A DNA stretch of 64,000 nucleotides from the NCBI RefSeq assembly GCF_016026235.1, contig NZ_CP065613.1. The stretch is one strand, 5' to 3'. The stretch is from Escherichia coli (GTDB lineage Bacteria > Pseudomonadota > Gammaproteobacteria > Enterobacterales > Enterobacteriaceae). A program made the translations under genes and the position numbers. Below are positions 21,666 to 31,216 of this stretch, piece after piece (position 1 is the stretch's first letter; every line of letters starts with the position of its first letter). The notes under the pieces are model-generated. The model was not told the origin of the DNA. It saw only the letters and a list, made by a program, of their open reading frames with translations, and searched no databases.

Positions 21666-23912
21666 ATGCTCACTCGCCTGCGCGAAATAGTCGAAAAGGT
21701 AGCCAGCGCACCACGCCTGAATGAGGCGTTAAATATTCTGGTTACCGACATCTGTCTTGCGATGGATACCGAGGTCTGTTCGGTCTACCTGGCCGATCAT
21801 GATCGACGTTGTTACTACCTGATGGCGACCCGGGGGCTGAAAAAACCACGCGGTCGCACTGTAACGCTTGCGTTTGATGAAGGGATCGTCGGCCTGGTTG
21901 GCAGGCTGGCGGAACCGATAAACCTTGCAGATGCGCAAAAGCACCCCAGCTTCAAATACATCCCCTCCGTAAAAGAAGAGCGTTTCCGCGCGTTTTTAGG
22001 CGTACCAATTATTCAACGTCGCCAGTTGCTTGGTGTACTGGTGGTACAGCAACGAGAGTTGCGCCAGTATGACGAAAGTGAAGAATCCTTCCTGGTGACG
22101 CTTGCCACCCAGATGGCAGCGATTCTTTCTCAGTCGCAGTTGACTGCCTTGTTTGGGCAATATCGCCAGACGCGAATCCGCGCATTACCGGCAGCACCTG
22201 GTGTGGCGATTGCCGAAGGCTGGCAGGATGCCACGTTACCTTTAATGGAACAGGTGTATCAGGCATCAACGCTGGATCCGGCTCTGGAACGCGAACGACT
22301 GACCGGGGCGCTGGAAGAAGCGGCAAACGAGTTTCGCCGCTACAGCAAACGCTTTGCCGCCGGTGCACAAAAAGAAACGGCGGCTATTTTCGATCTTTAC
22401 TCGCACCTGCTTTCGGACACCCGGCTGCGTCGCGAATTGTTTGCCGAGGTTGATAAAGGCTCGGTGGCAGAGTGGGCGGTAAAAACGGTCATTGAAAAAT
22501 TTGCCGAACAGTTTGCCGCGCTAAGCGATAACTATCTCAAAGAGCGCGCTGGCGATTTACGTGCGCTGGGTCAGCGATTGCTGTTTCATCTTGATGACGC
22601 TAATCAAGGGCCGAACGCCTGGCCGGAACGTTTCATTCTGGTGGCAGATGAACTGTCAGCGACAACTCTTGCTGAGCTGCCCCAGGATCGCTTAGTGGGT
22701 GTTGTCGTGCGAGATGGCGCAGCCAACTCCCATGCTGCGATCATGGTACGTGCGCTGGGGATCCCTACCGTGATGGGCGCGGATATTCAGCCTTCGGTGC
22801 TGCATCGTAGGACGCTGATCGTTGATGGCTATCGCGGTGAATTGCTGGTCGATCCGGAGCCGGTACTGCTGCAAGAATATCAGCGGCTAATTAGTGAAGA
22901 GATTGAGCTTAGCCGTCTGGCGGAAGATGACGTCAATTTACCCGCGCAGTTAAAAAGCGGTGAGCGTATAAAAGTCATGCTCAATGCTGGTTTAAGCCCG
23001 GAACATGAAGAAAAACTGGGCAGCCGTATTGATGGCATCGGTCTTTATCGCACTGAAATCCCATTCATGCTGCAAAGTGGTTTCCCGTCGGAAGAAGAAC
23101 AGGTGGCGCAGTATCAGGGGATGCTGCAAATGTTCAATGATAACCCCGTCACCTTGCGTACGCTGGATGTCGGAGCAGATAAGCAGCTGCCTTACATGCC
23201 GATCAGCGAAGAGAATCCATGCCTGGGTTGGCGTGGGATTCGCATTACGCTCGATCAGCCGGAGATCTTCTTGATCCAGGTGCGGGCGATGCTGCGTGCT
23301 AATGCCGCTACGGGCAACCTGAATATTCTGTTGCCGATGGTCACCAGCCTCGATGAAGTTGATGAAGCACGCCGCCTGATTGAACGTGCCGGACGTGAAG
23401 TCGAGGAGATGATCGGTTACGAAATTCCCAAACCACGTATCGGCATCATGCTGGAAGTGCCGTCAATGGTATTTATGCTGCCGCATCTGGCAAAGCGGGT
23501 CGATTTCATCTCTGTTGGCACCAACGATCTGACTCAATACATTCTGGCCGTTGATCGCAACAATACCCGGGTGGCGAACATTTATGACAGTCTTCATCCT
23601 GCAATGTTACGAGCTCTGGCGATGATCGCCCGGGAAGCGGAAATACATGGTATCGATCTCCGTTTGTGCGGTGAAATGGCGGGCGATCCCATGTGCGTGG
23701 CAATCCTCATTGGGCTTGGGTATCGCCATCTGTCTATGAACGGACGTTCTGTAGCGCGGGTAAAATACCTGCTGCGGCGCATTGATTTTGCCGAAGCAGA
23801 AAATCTTGCGCAGCGTAGTCTGGAAGCGCAACTGGCGACCGAAGTTCGTCATCAGGTTGCAGCCTTTATGGAGCGTCGTGGCATGGGCGGGCTGATTCGC
23901 GGAGGGTTATAG
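21666..23912 (+). CDS. ptsP: Nitrogen-PTS enzyme I (GAF domain + PEP-utilising domains)
   Basis: 748-aa ORF: N-terminal GAF domain and C-terminal enzyme I PEP-utilising domain; follows rppH by 12 bp. Confidence 0.95.
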   Translation: MLTRLREIVEKVASAPRLNEALNILVTDICLAMDTEVCSVYLADHDRRCYYLMATRGLKKPRGRTVTLAFDEGIVGLVGRLAEPINLADAQKHPSFKYIPSVKEERFRAFLGVPIIQRRQLLGVLVVQQRELRQYDESEESFLVTLATQMAAILSQSQLTALFGQYRQTRIRALPAAPGVAIAEGWQDATLPLMEQVYQASTLDPALERERLTGALEEAANEFRRYSKRFAAGAQKETAAIFDLYSHLLSDTRLRRELFAEVDKGSVAEWAVKTVIEKFAEQFAALSDNYLKERAGDLRALGQRLLFHLDDANQGPNAWPERFILVADELSATTLAELPQDRLVGVVVRDGAANSHAAIMVRALGIPTVMGADIQPSVLHRRTLIVDGYRGELLVDPEPVLLQEYQRLISEEIELSRLAEDDVNLPAQLKSGERIKVMLNAGLSPEHEEKLGSRIDGIGLYRTEIPFMLQSGFPSEEEQVAQYQGMLQMFNDNPVTLRTLDVGADKQLPYMPISEENPCLGWRGIRITLDQPEIFLIQVRAMLRANAATGNLNILLPMVTSLDEVDEARRLIERAGREVEEMIGYEIPKPRIGIMLEVPSMVFMLPHLAKRVDFISVGTNDLTQYILAVDRNNTRVANIYDSLHPAMLRALAMIAREAEIHGIDLRLCGEMAGDPMCVAILIGLGYRHLSMNGRSVARVKYLLRRIDFAEAENLAQRSLEAQLATEVRHQVAAFMERRGMGGLIRGGL

Positions 23913-24062
23913 CGCGGATCATATACATATCTTTTAACGGTATCCGGCAACCAGCCAGGTCCCCTTGTGCTATTATTCGCACCTTTGGAGCGCCTGAAAC
24001 CTGCGGCGCGCATTTCAATCGCTGTTCTCTTTCAGCGAAATAACAAGAACTTGTGGTGACAG

Positions 24063-24938
24063 ATGACCAGTAGCTATCTGCATTTTCCGGAGTTTGATCC
24101 GGTCATTTTCTCAATAGGACCCGTGGCGCTTCACTGGTACGGCCTGATGTATCTGGTGGGTTTCATTTTTGCAATGTGGCTGGCAACACGTCGGGCGAAT
24201 CGTCCGGGCAGCGGCTGGACCAAAAATGAAGTTGAAAACTTACTCTATGCGGGCTTCCTCGGCGTCTTCCTCGGGGGACGTATTGGTTATGTTCTGTTCT
24301 ACAATTTCCCGCAGTTTATGGCCGATCCGCTGTATCTGTTCCGTGTCTGGGACGGCGGCATGTCCTTCCACGGCGGCCTGATTGGCGTTATCGTGGTGAT
24401 GATTATCTTTGCCCGCCGTACTAAACGTTCCTTCTTCCAGGTTTCTGATTTTATCGCACCACTCATTCCGTTTGGTCTTGGTGCCGGGCGTCTGGGCAAC
24501 TTTATTAACGGTGAATTGTGGGGCCGCGTTGACCCGAACTTCCCGTTTGCCATGCTGTTCCCAGGCTCCCGTACAGAAGATATTTTGCTGCTGCAAACCA
24601 ACCCGCAGTGGCAATCCATTTTCGACACTTACGGTGTGCTGCCGCGCCACCCATCACAGCTTTACGAGCTGCTGCTGGAAGGTGTGGTGCTGTTTATTAT
24701 CCTCAACCTGTATATTCGTAAACCGCGGCCAATGGGAGCTGTCTCAGGCTTGTTCCTGATTGGCTACGGCGCGTTTCGCATCATTGTTGAGTTTTTCCGC
24801 CAGCCCGACGCGCAGTTTACTGGTGCCTGGGTGCAGTACATCAGCATGGGGCAAATTCTTTCCATCCCGATGATTGTCGCGGGTGTGATCATGATGGTCT
24901 GGGCATATCGTCGCAGCCCACAGCAACACGTTTCCTGA
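24063..24938 (+). CDS. lgt: Prolipoprotein diacylglyceryl transferase
   Basis: 291-aa membrane [37 protein letters not shown]... Confidence 0.95.
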
Positions 24939-24944
24939 GGAACC

Positions 24945-25739
24945 ATGAAACAGTATTTAGAACTGATGCAAAAAGTGCTCGACGAAGGCACACAGAAAAA
25001 CGACCGTACCGGAACCGGAACGCTTTCCATTTTTGGTCATCAGATGCGTTTTAACCTGCAGGATGGATTCCCGCTGGTGACAACTAAACGTTGCCACCTG
25101 CGTTCCATCATCCATGAACTGCTGTGGTTTCTGCAGGGCGACACTAACATTGCTTATCTACACGAAAACAATGTCACCATCTGGGACGAATGGGCCGATG
25201 AAAACGGCGACCTCGGGCCAGTGTATGGTAAACAGTGGCGCGCCTGGCCAACGCCAGATGGTCGTCATATTGACCAGATCACTACGGTACTGAACCAGCT
25301 GAAAAACGACCCGGATTCGCGCCGCATTATTGTTTCAGCGTGGAACGTAGGCGAACTGGATAAAATGGCGCTGGCACCGTGCCATGCATTCTTCCAGTTC
25401 TATGTGGCAGACGGCAAACTCTCTTGTCAGCTTTATCAGCGCTCCTGTGACGTCTTCCTCGGCCTGCCGTTTAACATTGCCAGCTACGCGTTACTGGTGC
25501 ATATGATGGCGCAGCAGTGCGATCTGGAAGTGGGTGATTTTGTCTGGACCGGTGGCGACACGCACCTGTACAGCAACCATATGGATCAAACTCATCTGCA
25601 ATTAAGCCGCGAACCGCGTCCGCTGCCGAAGTTGATTATCAAACGTAAACCCGAATCCATCTTCGACTACCGTTTCGAAGACTTTGAGATTGAAGGATAC
25701 GATCCACATCCGGGCATTAAAGCGCCGGTGGCTATCTAA
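24945..25739 (+). CDS. thyA: Thymidylate synthase
   Basis: 264-aa [29 protein letters not shown]..., starting 6 bp after the lgt stop. Confidence 0.95.
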
Positions 25740-25760
25740 TTACGAAACATCCTGCCAGAG

Positions 25761-25788
25761 CCGACGCCAGTGTGCGTCGGTTTTTTTT
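25761..25788 (+). terminator. Intrinsic terminator after thyA
   Basis: Hairpin CCGACGCCAGTGTGCGTCGG followed by eight T. Confidence 0.65.
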
Positions 25789-25923
25789 ACCCTCCGTTAA
25801 ATTCTTCGAGACGCCTTCCCGAAATTTTGCAACCTCCTGCAACGGCGTAAATAGTCCGGAAGATGCGCCGAAGAAATAGAAACTGGCCCTCGTCTTTTTT
25901 TCTCCTCGCTCCATACTGCCGGC

Positions 25924-26394
25924 ATGAAAACACAACGTGGTTATACGCTGATTGAAACGCTGGTCGCGATGCTGATTTTGGTCATGCTAAGCGCAAGTGG
26001 ACTCTATGGCTGGCAATACTGGCAGCAGTCGCAACGGCTTTGGCAAACCGCCAGCCAGGCGCGGGACTATTTGCTCTATTTACGTGAAGATGCCAACTGG
26101 CATAACCGCGACCACAGTATCAGTGTTATCAGGGAGGGGACGTTATGGTGCCTTGTGAGTTCCGTTGCTGGGGCGAATACCTGTCATGGCAGTTCACCAT
26201 TGGTCTTTGTGCCACGCTGGCCCGAAGTCGAAATGAGCGACCTGACACCTTCGCTTGCTTTCTTTGGCCTACGCAATACCGCATGGGCCGGGCATATTCG
26301 CTTCAAAAACTCAACGGGCGAGTGGTGGCTGGTGGTTTCGCCGTGGGGAAGACTCCGGCTTTGTCAGCAAGGAGAAACAGAAGGATGCCTGTGA
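25924..26394 (+). CDS. ppdA: Prepilin-peptidase-dependent pseudopilin PpdA
   Basis: 156-aa ORF with a type-IV-pilin-like N-terminus ([17 protein letters not shown]). Confidence 0.9.
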   Translation: MKTQRGYTLIETLVAMLILVMLSASGLYGWQYWQQSQRLWQTASQARDYLLYLREDANWHNRDHSISVIREGTLWCLVSSVAGANTCHGSSPLVFVPRWPEVEMSDLTPSLAFFGLRNTAWAGHIRFKNSTGEWWLVVSPWGRLRLCQQGETEGCL

Positions 26395-26948
26395 AAGAGC
26401 AAGGTTTTTCTCTGCTGGAAGTGTTGATTGCTATGGCGATCAGTAGCGTATTGTTGCTGGGGGCTGCACGCTTTCTGCCTGCGTTACAGCGTGAAAGTTT
26501 AACGAGCACCCGTAAGCTGGCGCTGGAAGATGAAATCTGGCTGCGGGTATTTACCGTCGCGAAGCATCTCCAGAGGGCGGGTTATTGTCATGGCAGCTGT
26601 ACCGGCGAAGGGCTGGAAATTGTCGGACAGGGTGACTGTATCATTGTGCAGTGGGATGCGAACAGTAACGGTATCTGGGATCGCGAACCGGTAAAAGAGT
26701 CCGACCAGATTGGATTTCGTCTGAAGGAGCATGTGCTGGAAACGCTACGCGGTGCGACATCCTGTGAAGGTAAGGGCTGGGATAAAGTCACTAATCCGGA
26801 TGCCATCATTATCGACACTTTTCAGGTCGTACGTCAGGATGTCAGCGGCTTCTCGCCGGTGTTGACGGTTAATATGCGTGCTGCCAGTAAGTCTGAACCG
26901 CAAACCGTGGTGAATGCCAGCTATAGCGTGACAGGATTCAACCTGTGA
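26385..26948 (+). CDS. ppdB: Prepilin-peptidase-dependent pseudopilin PpdB
   Basis: 187-aa protein from the ATG at 26385 ([24 protein letters not shown]), prepilin-like N-terminus; overlaps the ppdA end. Confidence 0.85.
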   Translation: MPVKEQGFSLLEVLIAMAISSVLLLGAARFLPALQRESLTSTRKLALEDEIWLRVFTVAKHLQRAGYCHGSCTGEGLEIVGQGDCIIVQWDANSNGIWDREPVKESDQIGFRLKEHVLETLRGATSCEGKGWDKVTNPDAIIIDTFQVVRQDVSGFSPVLTVNMRAASKSEPQTVVNASYSVTGFNL

Positions 26949-27352
26949 ACCGCGAAAAGGGTGTTTCGTCACTGGCTCTGGTCCTGATGCTGCTGGTTTT
27001 GGGTAGCTTGCTATTACAAGGAATGAGCCAACAGGATCGCAGTTTTGCCTCTCGCGTGAGCATGGAAAGTCAGTCATTGCGCCGCCAGGCCATCGTTCAG
27101 TCGGCGCTGGCGTGGGGAAAAATGCACTCCTGGCAGACGCAGCCAGCAGTTCAGTGCTCGCAGTACGCTGGAACCGATGCCCGTGTTTGTTTGCGTTTAT
27201 TGGCAGATAATGAAGCCTTATTGATTGCCGGTTATGAAGGCGTTTCGTTGTGGCGAACAGGTGAAGTCATCGATGGAAACATTGGTTTTTCGCCACGCGG
27301 CTGGAGCGATTTTTGTCCGCTGAAAGAGGGGGCGTTATGTCAGCTTCCCTGA
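26945..27352 (+). CDS. ygdB: DUF2509-type protein YgdB (pseudopilin-cluster member)
   Basis: 135-aa ORF, GTG start overlapping the ppdB stop, hydrophobic N-terminus. Confidence 0.85.
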   Translation: MNREKGVSSLALVLMLLVLGSLLLQGMSQQDRSFASRVSMESQSLRRQAIVQSALAWGKMHSWQTQPAVQCSQYAGTDARVCLRLLADNEALLIAGYEGVSLWRTGEVIDGNIGFSPRGWSDFCPLKEGALCQLP

Positions 27353-27660
27353 AGAATCAACAAGGCTTTAGCCTGCCGGAGGTAATGTTGGCGATGGTGC
27401 TGATGGTGATGATTGTCACTGCGTTATCGGGTTTCCAGCGAACATTAATGAACAGTCTTGCCAGCAGAAACCAGTACCAACAGCTCTGGCGGCATGGTTG
27501 GCAGCAAACGCAACTGCGCGCGATTTCGCCACCTGCCAACTGGCAGGTCAACCGAATGCAGACATCGCAGGCGGGATGTGTCAGCATCAGCGTTACGCTA
27601 GTTTCACCCGGGGGCAGAGAAGGCGAGATGACCCGCCTGCATTGCCCGAATCGTCAGTAG
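27337..27660 (+). CDS. ppdC: Prepilin-peptidase-dependent pseudopilin PpdC
   Basis: 107-aa protein from the ATG at 27337 ([27 protein letters not shown]), prepilin-like N-terminus. Confidence 0.8.
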   Translation: MSASLKNQQGFSLPEVMLAMVLMVMIVTALSGFQRTLMNSLASRNQYQQLWRHGWQQTQLRAISPPANWQVNRMQTSQAGCVSISVTLVSPGGREGEMTRLHCPNRQ

Positions 27661-27672
27661 TCAGGAGCCGCT

Positions 27673-30600
27673 ATGTTAAGGGTCTACCATTCCAATCGTC
27701 TGGACGTGCTGGAAGCGTTGATGGAGTTTATTGTCGAACGCGAACGGCTGGACGATCCTTTCGAACCAGAGATGATTCTGGTGCAAAGTACCGGTATGGC
27801 ACAGTGGCTGCAAATGACCCTGTCGCAAAAGTTTGGTATTGCGGCAAACATTGATTTTCCGCTGCCTGCGAGCTTTATCTGGGATATGTTCGTCCGGGTG
27901 TTACCGGAGATCCCCAAAGAGAGCGCCTTTAACAAACAGAGCATGAGCTGGAAACTGATGACTCTGCTGCCGCAATTGCTGGAGCGCGAAGACTTTACCC
28001 TGTTGCGGCATTATCTGACTGACGATAGCGACAAGCGAAAGCTGTTCCAGCTTTCCTCAAAAGCGGCGGACCTGTTTGACCAGTATCTGGTCTATCGTCC
28101 GGACTGGCTGGCACAGTGGGAAACAGGACATTTGGTTGAAGGGCTGGGAGAGGCACAGGCCTGGCAAGCGCCGTTGTGGAAGGCGCTGGTGGAATATACA
28201 CATGAACTCGGACAACCGCGTTGGCACCGCGCCAATCTCTATCAGCGCTTTATCGAAACGCTGGAGTCCGCGACGACCTGCCCGCCGGGGTTACCTTCGC
28301 GCGTCTTTATATGCGGTATTTCCGCGTTACCGCCTGTTTATCTCCAGGCGCTCCAGGCGCTGGGTAAACATATTGAAATCCATCTCCTGTTTACCAACCC
28401 CTGCCGTTATTACTGGGGCGATATTAAAGATCCTGCTTATCTGGCGAAACTGCTGACCCGTCAGCGTCGACACAGTTTTGAAGATCGCGAATTGCCGCTA
28501 TTTCGCGATAGCGAAAATGCCGGACAGCTCTTTAACAGCGATGGTGAACAGGATGTCGGCAACCCGCTGCTGGCTTCATGGGGTAAGCTTGGGCGCGACT
28601 ACATTTATCTCCTTTCTGATCTGGAGAGCAGCCAGGAGCTGGACGCTTTTGTCGATGTCACGCCAGATAACCTGCTGCATAACATTCAGTCTGACATTCT
28701 GGAACTGGAAAACCGCGCCGTTGCTGGTGTGAACATCGAAGAGTTTTCCCGTAGCGATAACAAACGCCCGCTTGATCCACTGGATAGCAGTATCACCTTC
28801 CACGTTTGCCATAGCCCGCAGCGTGAAGTTGAAGTTTTGCACGATCGCCTGCTGGCGATGCTGGAGGAAGACCCGACACTTGCTCCGCGCGACATCATCG
28901 TGATGGTGGCCGACATCGACAGCTACAGTCCGTTTATTCAGGCAGTGTTTGGTAGCGCACCTGCGGATCGTTACCTGCCTTACGCCATTTCCGACCGTCG
29001 TGCGCGGCAGTCACATCCGGTACTGGAAGCGTTTATCAGCCTGTTATCACTGCCTGACAGTCGCTTTGTGTCAGAGGATGTGCTGGCGCTGCTGGATGTG
29101 CCGGTGCTGGCGGCGCGGTTTGACATCACCGAAGAAGGGCTGCGTTATTTACGCCAGTGGGTCAACGAGTCCGGCATTCGTTGGGGCATAGATGACGACA
29201 ACGTTCGCGAGCTGGAACTCCCCGCCACCGGACAACACACCTGGCGATTTGGCCTGACGCGTATGTTGTTGGGCTACGCGATGGAGAGCGCGCAGGGCGA
29301 GTGGCAATCGGTTCTACCTTATGATGAATCGAGCGGCTTAATTGCAGAACTGGTGGGGCATCTGGCTTCACTGCTAATGCAGCTAAACATCTGGCGTCGC
29401 GGGCTGGCACAGGAGCGTCCGCTGGAAGAGTGGTTGCCGGTTTGTCGCGATATGCTCAACGCCTTCTTCCTGCCGGATGCGGAAACCGAAGCGGCGATGA
29501 CGCTGATCGAACAACAATGGCAGGCGATTATCGCCGAAGGTTTAGGTGCGCAGTATGGCGATGCGGTGCCGCTGTCACTATTGCGTGATGAACTGGCACA
29601 GCGCCTGGATCACGAACGTATCAGCCAGCGTTTTCTCGCCGGGCCTGTTAACATTTGTACTCTGATGCCAATGCGTTCAATTCCGTTCAAAGTGGTTTGC
29701 CTGCTGGGAATGAACGACGGCGTTTATCCACGTCAGCTTGCGCCATTGGGCTTTGACCTGATGAGCCAGAAACCGAAGCGTGGCGACCGTAGCCGTCGCG
29801 ATGACGACCGCTACCTGTTCCTGGAAGCGTTAATTTCCGCGCAGCAAAAACTCTATATCAGCTATATCGGGCGTTCCATTCAGGATAACAGTGAACGTTT
29901 CCCGTCGGTACTGGTGCAGGAACTGATCGACTACATCGGGCAAAGTCATTATCTACCGGGCGATGAAGCGCTCAACTGTGATGAAAGCGAGGCAAGGGTA
30001 AAAGCGCATCTTACTTGCCTCCATACCCGGATGCCGTTTGATCCACAAAACTACCAGCCAGGCGAACGACAAAGCTATGCTCGTGAATGGCTACCTGCGG
30101 CCAGCCAGGCTGGTAAAGCACATTCTGAATTTGTTCAGCCGCTGCCGTTTACCTTACCGGAAACCGTGCCGCTGGAAACGCTACAACGATTCTGGGCACA
30201 TCCGGTGCGGGCGTTCTTCCAGATGCGTTTGCAGGTGAACTTCCGTACTGAAGACAGCGAAATCCCCGACACCGAGCCATTTATTCTGGAAGGACTTAGC
30301 CGTTATCAAATCAATCAGCAGTTATTGAATGCACTGGTTGAGCAGGATGATGCCGAACGCTTGTTCCGTCGCTTCCGGGCGGCAGGGGATTTACCGTATG
30401 GCGCTTTTGGTGAAATTTTCTGGGAAACACAGTGCCAGGAGATGCAGCAGCTTGCCGACAGAGTCATTGCCTGTCGCCAGCCGGGGCAGAGTATGGAAAT
30501 TGATCTCGCCTGCAACGGTGTGCAGATAACTGGCTGGTTGCCGCAGGTGCAGCCGGATGGCTTGTTGCGCTGGCGTCCCTCTTTATTAAGTGTGGCGCAG

Positions 30601-31041
30601 GGAATGCAACTTTGGCTGGAACACCTTGTCTACTGTGCCAGCGGTGGTAATGGTGAAAGTCGCCTTTTTCTACGCAAAGACGGCGAGTGGCGTTTTCCGC
30701 CGCTTGCAGCCGAACAGGCTTTGCATTACCTCTCACAACTGATTGAGGGGTATCGTGAAGGGATGTCCGCGCCATTGCTGGTGTTACCTGAAAGTGGCGG
30801 CGCGTGGCTAAAAACCTGTTATGACGCGCAAAACGATGCCATGCTGGATGACGATTCCACGTTGCAAAAAGCCCGTACGAAATTCCTTCAGGCTTACGAA
30901 GGCAACATGATGGTGCGTGGCGAAGGTGATGATATCTGGTATCAAAGGCTCTGGCGGCAATTAACACCAGAGACAATGGAGGCAATCGTTGAACAGTCGC
31001 AACGTTTCCTGTTACCGCTGTTTCGCTTTAATCAGTCATGA
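27673..31041 (+). CDS. recC: Exodeoxyribonuclease V gamma subunit RecC
   Basis: 1122-aa ORF starting 13 bp after ppdC; synteny recC-ptrA-recB-recD. Confidence 0.95.
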   Translation: MLRVYHSNRLDVLEALMEFIVERERLDDPFEPEMILVQSTGMAQWLQMTLSQKFGIAANIDFPLPASFIWDMFVRVLPEIPKESAFNKQSMSWKLMTLLPQLLEREDFTLLRHYLTDDSDKRKLFQLSSKAADLFDQYLVYRPDWLAQWETGHLVEGLGEAQAWQAPLWKALVEYTHELGQPRWHRANLYQRFIETLESATTCPPGLPSRVFICGISALPPVYLQALQALGKHIEIHLLFTNPCRYYWGDIKDPAYLAKLLTRQRRHSFEDRELPLFRDSENAGQLFNSDGEQDVGNPLLASWGKLGRDYIYLLSDLESSQELDAFVDVTPDNLLHNIQSDILELENRAVAGVNIEEFSRSDNKRPLDPLDSSITFHVCHSPQREVEVLHDRLLAMLEEDPTLAPRDIIVMVADIDSYSPFIQAVFGSAPADRYLPYAISDRRARQSHPVLEAFISLLSLPDSRFVSEDVLALLDVPVLAARFDITEEGLRYLRQWVNESGIRWGIDDDNVRELELPATGQHTWRFGLTRMLLGYAMESAQGEWQSVLPYDESSGLIAELVGHLASLLMQLNIWRRGLAQERPLEEWLPVCRDMLNAFFLPDAETEAAMTLIEQQWQAIIAEGLGAQYGDAVPLSLLRDELAQRLDHERISQRFLAGPVNICTLMPMRSIPFKVVCLLGMNDGVYPRQLAPLGFDLMSQKPKRGDRSRRDDDRYLFLEALISAQQKLYISYIGRSIQDNSERFPSVLVQELIDYIGQSHYLPGDEALNCDESEARVKAHLTCLHTRMPFDPQNYQPGERQSYAREWLPAASQAGKAHSEFVQPLPFTLPETVPLETLQRFWAHPVRAFFQMRLQVNFRTEDSEIPDTEPFILEGLSRYQINQQLLNALVEQDDAERLFRRFRAAGDLPYGAFGEIFWETQCQEMQQLADRVIACRQPGQSMEIDLACNGVQITGWLPQVQPDGLLRWRPSLLSVAQGMQLWLEHLVYCASGGNGESRLFLRKDGEWRFPPLAAEQALHYLSQLIEGYREGMSAPLLVLPESGGAWLKTCYDAQNDAMLDDDSTLQKARTKFLQAYEGNMMVRGEGDDIWYQRLWRQLTPETMEAIVEQSQRFLLPLFRFNQS

Positions 31042-31216
31042 GCGCTGTATAAAAATTGCGCAATCTATCCGCTTACTTTATGATGCGCACCAGTCACGGA
31101 CTGATGGTTATATAAACATAGGCTGACTCGTGCAGCACAAGATTAAATTCTGGCAGATGATTTGCGTTAACCTGTTGAATCTGGCCAGAAAATAAAGTTG
31201 ATTATGAGGTCCGTGA

